Source: Eledone cirrhosa (lineage: Eukaryota). Taken from it: DNA of 64,000 bases. Location of the stretch: contig OZ024744.1 in assembly GCA_964016885.1 (NCBI GenBank), positions 90,210,001-90,274,000 on the forward strand, read 5' to 3'. Positions 40,233 to 53,853 of this stretch are shown piece after piece (position 1 is the first letter of the stretch; every line of letters begins with the position of its first letter). Below the pieces are notes generated by a model. The model ran no database searches. It had not been told where the DNA came from and saw only the letters and a list, made by a program, of their open reading frames with translations. Position numbers and translations under genes: made by a program.

Positions 40233-41035
40233 ATTATTATTATTATTATTATTGTTCTTTGAGTCTCAGTCATTGATGTTATTTAACTGGAAAGTTTGTT
40301 GAAATGAATATCAAGCCGCTACCTGCAGCCTCTGATATTCAGGACATATCGGAGGGTTCTTGCTGTTCCCAGCAAGCATGTCTTTTGAAGTGTTCCAAAA
40401 AGCGGGGCTGGACTAATCTTCTTTAACCATCCTTGGAAACTCTTTGAGATTGTACCTAGTGCACCTATGACAATCGGGACGACTCTGACTTCATGGCAGT
40501 TCCAAATCCTTTTTACCTCACACTTTAAGTCCTGGTATTGGTTAATTTTCTCTCCTTTTCTTGCACTCTCGTGTCAAATGGGCAGGCTACATCTACAGTC
40601 AGGCACAATCTTTTTTCCTTGTCCAAAACTACCAGGTCAGGTCTATTGTGTTCCAGTTTCTTATCCGTCTGTATCCTAAAATCCCATAGCACCTTCACCT
40701 GATCGTTTTCTATCACCAATTCTGGCTTATGCTCATACCACTTCTCAGAATGTGGTAAATTGTTTACTTTGCATAGGTGCCAGTGGATCACCCTGCCCAT
40801 CACATCATGTCTCCAGCCTTTATAGTGAGTCTGGGCTAGGTGTTTACACTCAGATACAATGTGAGCCACAGCCTCCTCCCTCTCTCCACAGATCCTACAC
40901 AGTGGGCTAGCCTCCTTGTAAATATGGTATTTCACCCACTTCGTTTTGAGTGCCTGCTCTTGCGCAGCCATTAGCATTCCTGCTGTAACCTTTTTAAGGC
41001 CATTTTAACCAGTTCCATGTCTGTGGATCTCTAAA
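40233..41035 (-). pseudogene. R4/Dong-clade retrotransposon 3' fragment, ending in (TAA)n
   Basis: AAQEQAL..CRICGEREEAVAHIVSEC (CCHC)..RHD..LWDFRIQTD..NRPDLVV..VDVACP (REL endonuclease). Confidence 0.85.
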
Positions 41036-41038
41036 TTA

Positions 41039-41596
41039 TGGACGCCATGCTTTCTAGCACAGTTACGTCCCTTTACGGACTGAGCTCAAATCCCGCCGAG
41101 GTTAACTTTGCCATTCATCCTTACGGGGTTGATAAAATAAAGTACCAGTAATGTACTGGGTAATTGCTGGCCTTGTGCCTAAAGTAGAAACAATTATTAT
41201 TATTATTATTATTGGGCGGTGGATTGGCAGTATCGGTAGAGAGTCGGACGCCATGCTTTCCAGCATAGTTACGTCCCTTTACGATCTGAGTTCAAATCCC
41301 GCCGAGGTTAACTTTGTCTTTCATCCTTACGAGGTCGATAAAATAAAGTACCAGTAATGCACTGGGTAATTGCTGGCCTTGTGCCTAAAGTAGAAAATTA
41401 TAATTATTATTCGGTAGAGAGTCGGACGCCATGCTTTCCAGCATAGTTATGTCCCTTTGCGATCTGAGTTCAAATCCCGCCGAGGTTAACTTTGTCTTTC
41501 ATCCTTACGGGGTCGATAAAATAAAGTACCAGTAATGCACTGGGTAATTGCTGGCCTTGTGCCTAAAGTAGAAACAATTATTATTATTACTATTAT
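41039..41596 (+). mobile_element. Head-to-tail trimer of (ATT)n-tailed SINEs
   Basis: Three very similar units: 41039-41213, 41214-41411, 41412-41596. Further copies at 39912-40098, 42028-42200, 55231-55440 and 55950-56105 (minus). Confidence 0.88.
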
Positions 41597-42551
41597 TTGT
41601 ATTTGTTTATGTTTCACATCACATTGTATGTATCCAGTTTAGAATAGGTACAATATATTCCTGTGTGTCTTATGGGGTGACTAAAAGGGATGGTACCATG
41701 AAGGGCATCTGAGTGTAAAATATTGCCTCAATAAGTACTCCAGGATAAGTATGATGCCTGGCATGGCTAACTAGTGCTTTAGCAGAGAAAAGCATCCTTA
41801 AAATGTTGCTTGTTTGTTCTTATCTATTCATATATCCTGTCACCCGTGTTTCTTTTTTCTTTCATTAGTTTGTCTTTTATTTACTTTGTCTATTTTATGT
41901 ATTCTGTTGTCTGTTAATGTTTTGCTTCTTCTGTGTCTGGCTACATCTCTCTGTCTTTTTATCTGTTGTCCATCTATTTTCTCTCTACTGTATTTTCATT
42001 ATATGTTCTTAAGTTTAAAAGGAAGTTTCGGTAGAGCGTCAGACACCATGCTTTGCAACATGGAGTTGTGGCCCTTTACGTTCCGGGTTCAAATCCCACC
42101 GAGGTTAACTTTGCCTTTCATCTTTGTGGGGTCGATAAAATAAAGTACCAGTAATACACTGGCGTAATTGCTGGCCTTGTGCCAAAAGTAGAAACAATTA
42201 TATATTCTTCAGTCTTCTTTTGTCATTTGTGTTGACATTCTGAAATTTTCACTTTTTTCTTTTTTCACTGTTTTATTTTTTCCTTTTGCCTTCTTTCTTC
42301 AGTTTTTGTTTTGTGTTTGTTTTTAATTCTGTCTCCTTAATAAATTTCTTTTTTTTTATTTTTTATTTCATATTCTACTCCACTTTGAAATACAAAATTA
42401 TGCTATCTTATCAACTTTACTACTACCACCTTCACCAACATTGGGATAAAAACCTTGAAAACTTTGAAAACCTTATGTAAAAACATTGCAAAACTCTGAA
42501 ATGAAACATATTATTGTCTTAACATATCTGTGTCGTTTTCTTTTCCTAAAG

Positions 42552-44260
42552 AAGATACTACAAAAAGAAACGAAGCAGAAGAGCAAAAGAGAACACAACA
42601 AGAGTCTGTAGCTGGAAAGTTGACTCCGATGCCAGGGCAGGGGTCACATGTGGACAGCCAACAGACAACTTTTTTGTCCAACAGCGATATTCCTAGTGGA
42701 AGTGTTGGAAGAAGTGCAGATGTCGACAGTGGACAAGTGCTACAAGAAAAGCAGCAAAGATGGTCCAGTTTGCTAAAGACTTCTCCACCATCTAAAGAGT
42801 TCCACCAAGATGTGTCCATCTCAACATCGGCATTGTTGTCATCGTCTTCAGATGCCACTACAAGACATCCGCATTCTACGATACCCTTTAACGAGGCAGT
42901 GTTGTATGACAAGGAACCAAACAGCAGCTCATTTGGGTTTGATAGTGCACACGTTAGCATTGCTCCTACTCGTTCAGTGACGCACGACAACAGAGCTTCA
43001 GATGATTATGGCCAGAGGCCGCCCTCAGAGACGGAGAAAATCCTACATTCCTCAAATGGAGGACAAGGTGACATGGGTCGTGAAAGCATCCCCGAGAGAA
43101 GAAGCGTGGAGGCTGGAAGTGCCGAGGCTGGTTTTTATGGCACGCAAGATGACTATAAATATATGCATGGGTCAACATCACCTTCGTGGGAGCACGCAAC
43201 TGTGCCACCCACCGTTAGCCACCGGAGTGATGATAAGGATGACACTGTGATGTCTGTGACGGGTACATCAATCCCTGTGTCGCCCTCGACAACGAAGCCC
43301 GTCTTAAGCAGTTCGATGAGTTATGATAACAGTGGTGGTGGTGGTGGTGGTGGTGGTGGTGGTGGTGGTGGTGGTGGGGATAATGCTGGCAATAGTAACA
43401 ATAACGGTGGTAGCATTCCTGTTGTTGATCAAAGTCTAGAAAACAATAATGGCAAAGATGTTGATAATGGTGCTGCCACTGCAACAGATACAACTATGCC
43501 CACAACCACCACGATGATGTCACCTCCCCCACATATTGACTTAAGTGAGGCGTTCCGTACGTCTGGATCAGAGTTCATGTCACGAAAGACTCTCTCCATA
43601 TCGTCGACGACGACAACAACAACGATGCCGGCTTCCTCCTCCTCTTCTTCTTCCTCTTCTGTTGCTAACGGCAACAGCGACCAGCGGAAGCAAGGAGGCG
43701 AAGATGACGGGGAAGACGGCGGTCGTGGTAGCCGTGAAGGTGACAGTGAGGGCAGGGTGGTGAGTACTGAAGCGACGGGCAACGTGAGACAAGTATCATC
43801 AATGCCGGGTGAGGGCCTTGATAATTCAAAGGAAAGCTATCAACATCCTCATCATCATCATCATCATCATCATCATCACCACCATATCCAGGACGGCAGC
43901 AATGAAAACCTTCCTTCCTCCTCGGAGTCTCCCCATGACGGTCAGTACACAGGACAGCCGACGCCTCAACCAGTTGCGCAGACTGCTTACGATGGATACA
44001 AAACGGCCGATGACCACCATCAGAATCATATCAACACTGACGACCCTCAACATCATCATCATAATCAGCATCAGCATCATCATGATCATCAATCTTCATA
44101 TCACCATCCATCTTCGCCATCATCAGAGAACGAGGCAGTCGAAGCAAAAGACAAAGAGCAAACTGAAAGCGGAGAAGACGCGGGAAATGAATCATGGATG
44201 TCGGTGTGGGTGCATCTTGTTGCAAAGATGGACTCCTTTGTTAACTACTTTGTGGACATG
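42552..44260 (+). CDS. TANGO1: TANGO1/MIA3-like gene, large exon F (1709 nt; Ser/Gly/His-rich luminal region ending in amphipathic helix)
   Basis: Lies in the 632-aa ORF 42530-44428. ttttcctaaag acceptor in phase 1 matches exon E; gtatgt donor after ...NYFVDM, phase 0. A giant luminal exon is typical of MIA3/TANGO1. Confidence 0.88.
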
Positions 44261-44313
44261 GTATGTATAGACGACACTCATATATATATGTATATTTGCA
44301 CATACATACACAT

Positions 44314-44371
<58 letters not shown>

Positions 44372-44924
44372 TCATCATTTTCATCATTTAACACCCATTT
44401 CCATACTAGCATGGGCAGAACGGGCTGACCCTTTGGGAGAGAATCGAGTCAGAGGGCCACATTTCAATCACACAGAACTGATTTTGGCTGGGTTTCTACA
44501 GCTGGATGCCCTTCCTAACACTAATCACATTTACAGAGGGTGCTGGGCACTTTTTGTCATGTCACCTACACGACCACTTTACAGTATGGACTGGGCACTT
44601 TTGTCTTTACACCTATATACGACCACTTTATAGCATGGATTGGGCACTTTTTGTCGTATCGCTGACACAATCACTTGACAGTGTGAACTAGGCACTTTTG
44701 TCTTGACTCATAGATGACCACTATATAGTAAGAGCTGGTCACTTTTGTCGTAGCTCCAGCAGGGGCCACTTAATGGTATGGGATAGGAACTAGGGAGGGT
44801 TGGGGAGAGAAGCTTGGGGAAATTGTGTAGTGATACAGTAACTCAGTGAATTACTGGTGGTAGTACCAATATAAGCATACACATATATATGGGTGTATGT
44901 ATGTATATATATATATATATATAT

Positions 44925-45230
44925 CATCATTCATCATCATTTCATTTTACGTCCGCTTTTCCCTGCTTGCAAGGGTTGAACGGGAACTGCTTCTGGCTTG
45001 ATTTCTACAGTTGGATGCCCTTCCTAACACCAACCTCATTTACAGTGAGTGCTGGGTGCTTTTTTGCCGTGGCGCCTACACAACCACTTTGCAGTGGAAT
45101 GATAGGGACCCCAGTCTCTATCATCTCATTTCTACAGCTGAGTAAACTGGAGCAATGTGAAATAAAGTGTCTTGCTCAAGGAAACAACACATCACCCGGT
45201 CTGAGAATTGAACTCACTAAGCCATGTACC
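44925..45230 (-). mobile_element. tRNA-derived SINE (RTE-tailed family)
   Basis: Same family as 31707-32036, with a deletion in the head. Confidence 0.85.
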
Positions 45231-45239
45231 TCCATTATA

Positions 45240-47745
45240 GATCATCATCATCTTCATCACCATGACCGTTTTACGTCTATTTTCCACATAAGCATGGGTT
45301 AGATGTGTTGTCCTGTTGTGGGCAATGCTAGGTCATGTGACCATGTCTTGCTCATACAGAACTGATTTTGGCTTGGTTTCTACAGCTGGATGCCCTTCCT
45401 AACACCAACCTCATTTACAGTGAGTACTAGGTGCTTTTTGTGGTGACACCTACATGACCACTTTACAGTGTGGGCTGGGTGCTTTGCGTTGTGACACCTA
45501 CACGTGGGGTGGGGGTGGGGCATACTGTATATATGCTTCAGTTTCAGCCTGTGCCCATGGGAAGTCTGGTTTCCTGTTACACTGTGTAATGCCAGAGATC
45601 TTGATCCTGTGTCATCGCCTTTAAGAGGTGCAATTGGGCAAGGCCAGCTTTTATCACCTTGTCCCAAGTTTTCCTGGGTTTCCCACTGCAAGGCTTCCAT
45701 CAACCTTTAGCAGTCTGCACCTTTTTATGCAGCTGTTATCCTTCATATGCATCACATGTTCATACCAATGTAATCTCCTCTCCTGCACACAACATTTGAT
45801 TCCTCTTATGCTTAGTTTCTCTCAGTTCATTTATGCTTCATCATTCTTCTATGTTACTATTACGCATCCATTTCTTTCCAATCTACGCAAGTCTTCTACA
45901 CACAGACCCAGGTTTCACTACCAGGCAACATTGCTGTTTGTGACAAAAACACACACAGTCCACGCTGTAATGTGGCCGTGTAGGCAACACGGTAAAAACC
46001 TCCCAGCCCCACACTGTAAATGTGGTTGGTGTTAGGAAGGGCATCCAGCTGTAGAAAACCCGCCAGACAGTCCTATGCGAGCAAGACAGCCACTCTTGCC
46101 TCAAGTGGGAAAACTCCCGTCCAAACCCATGCAAGCGTGGAACATGGACGTTAAACGATGAGGATGATGATGCATGCATCATACAGTCTGCCTCTCATTC
46201 TGAGGGAAAAGCGTTTTGTAGCTAGCAGTGGTAGTAGCTCCCTGAACTTCTTCCATCCCATTCTTACTCTGACTACTGTACTTTCAGAAAACCCACCTTC
46301 GCTGTTAATTTTGTCACCTAAGTAGCAGAAGATGTCTACTGTTTCTACAGAGCCCTCCCAGAATTTGGCAGCACTTGTTTCCTGTGGTTGTTTGTTGCTT
46401 ACTGTCCTGGTGCAACTGCAACATGTGAAGCCTACATTCTTAGCTAAACTTCCTGAGATCCCACTATATCTCTTGTGTACCCATAATTTGCATTTGGGGC
46501 AGTGGATGGAATTTCTTCTTACATCATTGCTACATACTGAGCAGGGCCATTTCCCTGAGGGGATCTGGGTTCTGTTCTCTCTTCTACTTAATAGGATCTT
46601 AGTCATTGTCGGGTTGACTTTAAGACCCCTTCTTTCTAGGCCCTGCTTCCATGTTTGGAATTTCTTCTCTAGTTCTGCCATAGATTCATCTATGAGTGTA
46701 AGATCATCTGCATATAGAAGTTCCCATGAGCATCTGGTCTTAAACTCCTGTTATAGCCTGCAATACAATGATAAACAAGAGAGGGCTAAGAACAGAGCCT
46801 TGGTGGCCACCAACCTGTACGCTAACTTCCTTGCTGCAGTAATTGTTAATCCTAACTTTGCTGACCGCTCCCCTATACATGACTTGTACAGCCTTCACAA
46901 GCTACTCATCCACTCCTAGTTTTCTAAGAGCCCACCAGATTATGGTACGAGGTACTCTGTCAAAAGCTTTCTCCAGATCAACAGATGCCAGGTATGGAGA
47001 GGCTTGCTTTTAGCTAAATACTTTTCCTGTAACAGCCTCACAAGGAAGAGAGCATCAGTGGTGCTTTTACTTAGCACAAATCCGAACAGCATCTCATCTA
47101 GATTAACCCGGCCCTTAATCAACTGTGCTCTGACTCTTTCTGTTACTTTCATGACCTCGTCCATCAGCTTTATACCTCTATAGTTTTCTCTATCTAGTGT
47201 ATCTCCTTTACCCTTGACAATGATGCTGCTGTGCCAATCATCCAGTATGATGCCATCTAGTATTACTTGGTTTACAATATGTGTGGTTATAGTCCAACCT
47301 ATCGACCCAGATGCTTTCAGCATCTCGGCAACTATCCCCGAAGGACTGGCTGCTTTCCCAATCTTCATATCCTTAATTGCCTTACTCACTACACTGCTGC
47401 TGACTTGTATTGCTGGGCCATCTATGGGGTCAACTTGGGGTAGGGTCTCTTTCTCGCATGCATTCTATTCGTTCAGTAATCTTTTAAAATGGCTTTTCCA
47501 TGCAGCTTTCTTCTCGGCACCTGTGGGGGCAAGTGCACCTTTATCATCCCCGACACACTTCTCACCAACGACATCGCAATTTTCTCTAACACACTGCTTC
47601 GCAATCCTGAACACCTCCTGTTTCTGGTCCTCGCGCTGCAAAACATTCTTGAATTTTTTTATCCTCATCTTCCCTTTTTGCTTAGTATACTTGTCATCTA
47701 GCTTCCCTCCTGGCCTCTATGTAGAATATCCTGCTTCCACCATTC
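45240..47745 (-). pseudogene. Degenerate RTE family-B LINE, interrupted by an opposite-strand family-C tail at 45937-46172
   Basis: Frameshifted RT pieces 47465-47668, 46940-47389, 46151-46681 and 45550-45930; 3'UTR and (GAT)n at left. Confidence 0.88.
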
Positions 47746-48697
47746 CTGTATATTTACAGGTATATCTTTGCATGGAAATATGTATGCAGGTATATATGTG
47801 TGTCTGTGTGTTTATGTATGTTTTATACAAGTTTCACTCTCTCTCTCTCTCTTTGTATATTTGTGTATGTGTGTGTATGTATATCATCACCATCCGTTAA
47901 CATTTATTTTTGTGCTTGCATGGGTTAGACAAGTTGTCACATTATGAGTCAAGTCTGGTCAAATGACCACGTTTTGTTCATACAGATCTGTATTTTGGGT
48001 TGGTTTCTACGGCTGTATGCTCTTCCTAATGCCAATGTTAGAGTGTGGTCTGGGTGCTTTTTATCGTGACACTAAAACAACCATTTAACAGGGTGGGCTG
48101 GGTGCTTTTTGTCATGTCCCCAGCACGACCACCTTACAGGGTGAATAAAGAGGTTTTTTTCATGTCACTAGCGTGACCGCCTTATGCGACTGAGTGCTTC
48201 TTTTTGTGACACCTATTTTAAATTATTATTAACTAACACATGCAAGCATAGAAAAGTAGGCATAACATGATTAGTTTATATATATCATCATCATCATCAT
48301 CATCACTGTTTTATGTCCATTTTTCCAAGCTAGCATGGGCTAGACGAGTTGTCCTTTTGTGGGCAATGCTAGGTCAGGTGACCATGTCTTGCTCATACAG
48401 AACTGATTTTGGCTTGTTTTCTAAAAATACTCTGTCACTCCTGTGAAGAAAATACATGTTGAGTTCTTGAATTGAATTACATCAATATTTTTATATATAT
48501 ATATATATATAATTATTATTAGCAAGAAAAGCATATGTTAAAATGATAATGATATATATATTTATATATATGAGAGATAGAGAAAGTTAAAAACATTTAC
48601 ATCAACATCCATACATTTTCACACAAATAAACTCATGTTTACACTGACAAACTCACATTCACAGAGTAATATGTATACTCATATATTTATATCACAG

Positions 48698-48832
48698 CGC
48701 CCTGAGAGTATCCCAGGCAGCATCGTCCAACAGCTGGAAGACTTGGGCATCCCTGCCCATGTGGTAGTTTTAACGCCGCTGTTCAGTCTGATATTTCTCA
48801 TAGTGTATCTACTGTGTACATCATGTTCAGAC
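48698..48832 (+). CDS. TANGO1: TANGO1/MIA3-like gene, exon G (transmembrane segment)
   Basis: cacag acceptor, gtaagt donor, 135 nt, phase 0-0. RPESIPGSIVQQLEDLGIPAHVVVLTPLFSLIFLIVYLLCTSCSD resembles the LP..D..GLP + TM pattern of TANGO1/cTAGE5. Confidence 0.85.
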
Positions 48833-49546
48833 GTAAGTATTCATTTTTCTTTTTTTTTTTTTTATGTATGTATAACTAAATATGATTATATCATCATCAT
48901 CATTTAACATCCACTTTCCCTGTTAGCAAGAGTTGGACAGGTCTACATAGACCAAGTCAGTATTGAAGCAAGGCTAAACATCCCAGACAGGCAAGAGGTT
49001 CTGTATCCTGCTTATGTACAGTTATATCGAGTGCAAAGAAGTTGTGTCTTTTGTCACAAACTGAAGGATCCTCCTAACCTCTTGTTTGGTAAGCTTTCTA
49101 TGGCTAGATAATCATCCTATCATCAAACACTTTACAATGTGTACTGGGAGTGTTATCGTGTAGATTACCAACATCAGAGAATTGTTTTCTCTTTGACATG
49201 ACTAAAGGGTCCTCTCAACCCCTTTTAGGTATGCTTTCTAAAGCCCTTCCTTTCGCCAACCACCCTTAACGTGTCTGAGAGAACTAAGTTTTACTTTAGA
49301 TTGTTCTTATATGGTGAGGGGTGCAGCGACGTAGGTGAGGGGTGGTGTGTTACGACATAGGAAGTGTATGGAAGGAGAGGGTGCATACTGGATGTATGCT
49401 TCAACCTGTTTAATAAAAAATATTTAGCTGTGAAAATATACCTTTTAGTTAAACAAAAGGATGAAATATGGAATCAACTAATTTTTGCTTTGTCAAATCT
49501 TCACCAGCATTTGCTTATTTTTCTTCTATCTTATGAGACAATATAT

Positions 49547-49880
49547 GGAGGCACATGGCTTAGTGGTTAGAGCATTGGCCTTGCAATCGAAAGGTTGTGA
49601 GTTCAATTCTCAGACCGGGTGATGTGTTGTTTCCTTGAGCAAGACACTTTATTTCACATTGCTCCAGTTTACTCAGCTGTAGAAATGAGATGATAGGGAC
49701 TGGAGTCCCTTTCATTGCACTGCAAAGTGGTCGTGGAGGCGCCACGGTAAAAAAAGCACCCAGCACTCACTGTAAATGAGGTTGGTGTTAGGAAGGGCAT
49801 CCAGCTGTAGAAATCAAGCCAGAAACAGTTCCCGTCCCACCGTTGCAAGCAGGGAAAAGTGGACGTAAAATGATGATGAT
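49547..49880 (+). mobile_element. tRNA-derived SINE (RTE-tailed family)
   Basis: Intact A/B boxes; family-A tail. Confidence 0.88.
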
Positions 49881-50985
49881 ATCAATACTACACATGGAAA
49901 ACGTATACACTATCAAGTTGAGCCTGATATGAGTCAAAAGAAGAAACCTGAAAGCTATATCAAACTCTCTTATTTATCCATCCAATACCAAAAATAAGAT
50001 TACAATACACCCAGAGGCATATCTAGGGTATGGCAAGCATGGCACGTGCTATCGGCACCACTTGAAAGGAGGCGCTACCTGGACTAGGAGCACTGTCTAT
50101 TAACTCGTTAGCATTTAAACCAGCCATATCCAGCCAGAGTTCTCTTACATTTTGTGATCTTGAGCAATGCGCTTCATTTCACATTACTTTTCATGATAGG
50201 ATTGGGGTCCCCTGTCATTAAAATGTCCAAGAAATCTCCTATGGTATGCGACTTTGTAGGAGGCCAACTAAACCTATGAGCTAACTATATTTGTGTGTGT
50301 TTTATAATTTTTTTTAATTTTTTGCTCACTCCAAACAAGTCAGTAAAGTTATTAAAATGCAAGGGGTTACTGAGAAGGGAGAAGGACAAGACAGATCGGA
50401 CATAATTGAAGGAGAGAGAGAGAAGACGATTGATATTTTTGAATTTTTGCTAATGATATGGAAAGCAAGAAGCTTAAAGAAAATACCATTGGCGAGATGT
50501 GTGAGGGAAGAAACTATTAGAGAAGAATTTTCGATTGCTTTTAGAAATTTCAACTGTACATGTATGAGTTCTAACTGCTAATTGGGTGCTTCATGTAAAC
50601 TTGTGAATACAGAGCAACAAAGAGGAAAGCTCATCAGAACAAGTCCTCTGAAAATATTTATAAAAAAAGCAAAGAGAAGCTCCTATAGTAGTGAGATAGG
50701 TATGAGTGTGTCTACATACACACATATAGCTATAGATATATAGATATGTGAATATATAGATACAAATGGGTTCCATAAATAAAGTACCACGTTGTATGGG
50801 AATCATTTCTTACTCACTTCCTCTCTCTCTGGAAGAAATCAACTGTATTCAGACCTGGAAAGGAATGGGCTCCGCCAGGTGTAAAATACCCATGACAGTA
50901 TATCTCTATGACACCCTTACAACTCTTTTAGAAATTCCAGGCCCATGGATGGATAGGTGGACATACATATATGTGTGTGAATATA

Positions 50986-51042
<57 letters not shown>

Positions 51043-51160
51043 GCAATAAAATACATGTACATCATAGTGATATGTATTTACATATTTGTGTGTATCTATA
51101 TACATACATACATGTGAATGTATGTCTAGTTTTAATATTTTTATTATATCTTATATACAG

Positions 51161-51191
51161 GGAAACAATAAACCAAAAGAGAATCCACTTG
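51161..51191 (+). CDS. TANGO1: TANGO1/MIA3-like gene, micro-exon H
   Basis: tatacag acceptor, gtaagt donor, 31 nt, phase 0-1; GNNKPKENPL. Needed to reconcile the phases of exons G and I. Confidence 0.72.
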
Positions 51192-52169
51192 GTAAGTTTT
51201 TATATTTAATATCTTATAATAAAATGTTGTAGTTTGCTTGAAGCATTGTATACCATAATATAATAAAGGGAGCAGTGCAGGACTGCATCCTGAATATATT
51301 TTTTTATCCCATTAGTAAAATAAGTTGGATTACTTTGAATAAATAATAAATGAATATTACATAATTTATGTACTAAATTTCATAGCTGTTGATTAAACAT
51401 AAATATTTTTATATATAATGATTGCTTATTTTAAGATTCACTTCTTTAAAATTTTCAAATGTCAACACTTCCGGTTAGCGTCCGTTATATCATAACACTT
51501 ATTACATCGTTTATGTAAACATCCATATATTTGCATCGTTATATAAGGTTTATATTTCCATCGCTAATTTTCACCTTTTTCGTTTTCATTACATTTCACC
51601 GTAATGCAGTTTATATATAATATCGTTTTTTTTAAATGTATCTTGGATTACTTTACTGATTACAGAAGAGAGTGTAACACAGTCTCTCTTCAATTTCTGT
51701 GCATATTGTCAGTTACGATTTTATTTGATGTATCATATCTACGTGCATGTATATTTGCGTGTAATATCAACATGCACACTACATATGCTAGCAGAAAACC
51801 ACCCAAGGTAATATATAATGTTGAAAGTGAAATAAGGCTAAACAATGCAAAATGGATGTGTGTACCATCATTATTTTTGCCTCCTAGCATGAGTTGGTTG
51901 AGTCTATTACAGTATAGTATTGGGCTATTAGTTGCAGTATTTATGATCTAATCTACCAACAGCAAAGCAAAACTGCATTTATTGTGTATTTTTGGCATAG
52001 TATTTTTCTGTCTAGATACTTTTCCCATCACCAATTACATTACAGCATGGACTGGATATTTATCATGCCACCATTGCTAGAGAGGTTTTGTGCTAGGAAC
52101 AAAGTGTAATTTCTATCCTGCATCAGTTAATCTGTATCTGTTTATATATGTATGTTAGATTGTATATGT

Positions 52170-53440
52170 TCTTCTGGTTTTATAATTTCACAAAGTTTTA
52201 CCAATAGAGAGAGAGTCGGTTTCTAACATAGACACAAGACTCTCTCATTGGAATTTACACATCAACAACTAGGTAGATATGTATGTATGTGTAGATATGG
52301 ATGTTATTGTATGTGTGGATGTGGATGTTTTGAGTTGTATGTGTGCATGTGTATATGCTTTGTATCTATACATGTGTATATGCAGTTATTAGATGCAAAA
52401 TTTTTGGAATGTTTTACATAGTTTTACTGTTCCATTAATGGATTGTACTTGTAATTTCCTAACTAGTTGAGTTCTTTCTGTTCCTGTGAAGCCTAGATTC
52501 TCAAGATTTGTATTGAGGTAGTTACTAACATACCCCAGTGCCCCAATAATTACAGGCATAAATCTGAAGTTGTAATCAGGGTGGAGTATCTGCAGATTTC
52601 TCATCAGTTCTGCATAAATATTCTCCTTTACACTAATCTTTGATATTATATTGGCATCTGCTGCGCAGCTAATTTCCACTACTGTGCATGTTTTCTTCTC
52701 CCTGTTCCATATCATAATATCTGGTCTGTTATGCCTGCATTTTATTGGCGTTTTTACTGGAACATTCCACCAGTACTCTTTCATATTATGTACATGGATG
52801 TCTTCCACATTGTTGTAGCTTTTAATGTGTTTATTATCGGGGCTATCTTTTTTACGAACTGCATTGTACAGTGTTTTGGCCACTACATCATGCCTGATAG
52901 GTAGATAGTACCGCGATGACATCTTTGGACAGCTGCTGATGAAATGGGTGATATCCTCGATGTTAGTTCTGCAGAGTCTGCACTTGTTATCACATCTAGG
53001 TGTTTTGCCTGCATCCCTATCTCTTTTGTGAATCAGGTATTTTGTGCTAATCTCCTGTTCTTGGATTGCAAAAGCATATCCTTCAAAGGGGGAGCCAATA
53101 TAGCGGTTGTTGGTCCAAAATAGACTACTTTCCTTATCTATATTACTCTCACTCTGGAGCTTCCTGGCAACATATCCATGCATGATTTTTTGCTGATAGG
53201 CATGCAGTTTTTCATCCATGGATTCACTGCGATACTGCTGAGCGACATCCCTGGGTGTGAGTTTTTGATTATCACACAGGGAATATCTCTCAAGGAGTTC
53301 CTTCCCAACTCATGATCTTATCTGTTTCATGCAGATAGACTTGCTCGAGAAGCGGGCTCCTACGCTTCGAGGTTCGTAGATATTGTCGGAGAGATATGAT
53401 GCGACATTCAAATGTTGTCTGGACTGATGTTAGGCCTCTG
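52170..53440 (-). pseudogene. R4/Dong-like retrotransposon 3' fragment (ORF 52389-53219)
   Basis: AIQEQEI..CRLCRTNIEDITHFISSC..RHD..NRPDIMIW..VVEISC..PVIIGALG. Confidence 0.85.
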
Positions 53441-53708
53441 GTTTGTATGTATGTATGTATGTATGTATGTATGTATGTGTATATGTATGCATGTGTAGGT
53501 TCCCTGAGTTGTGTTGTTGGGTGGGGTAATCACAGTTAAAATAGGTCCTCAATACATAGGTAGAGTATAGGCATTTTTTATTTTATATAGAAATGATTTC
53601 TACAGGATTAGAACTATTTCATTTGTCTGTATAAAATAATATTTATATCCATATGTAGTTGACAAATGAGAAAGGAGTACTCAATACTGAAGTAGAGTTT
53701 GAATATTG

Positions 53709-53853
53709 ATTTATTATGGCTAAGTAGTGAGTCTTGTTACTCTGGAGTTTCACCTGTGCACTCGCAAAATCATCAGACTTCTCAACTGATGATCCTGCAA
53801 GTGTACAGGTGAAACTCCAGAGTAACAAGACTCACTACTTAGTCATAATAAAT
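53709..53853. mobile_element. Short fold-back with paired hammerhead motifs
   Basis: Arms 53709-53776 / 53786-53853; plus strand CTGATGA-t-cctg..cagg-t-GAAA-ctc.ca.gaG-TA. Confidence 0.65.

Noticed and set aside
42530-44428. Stand-alone 632-aa single-exon gene
   Set aside because: No true start; it is bounded by splice sites in phase with neighbouring exons, and the tail runs into intronic (TA)n.
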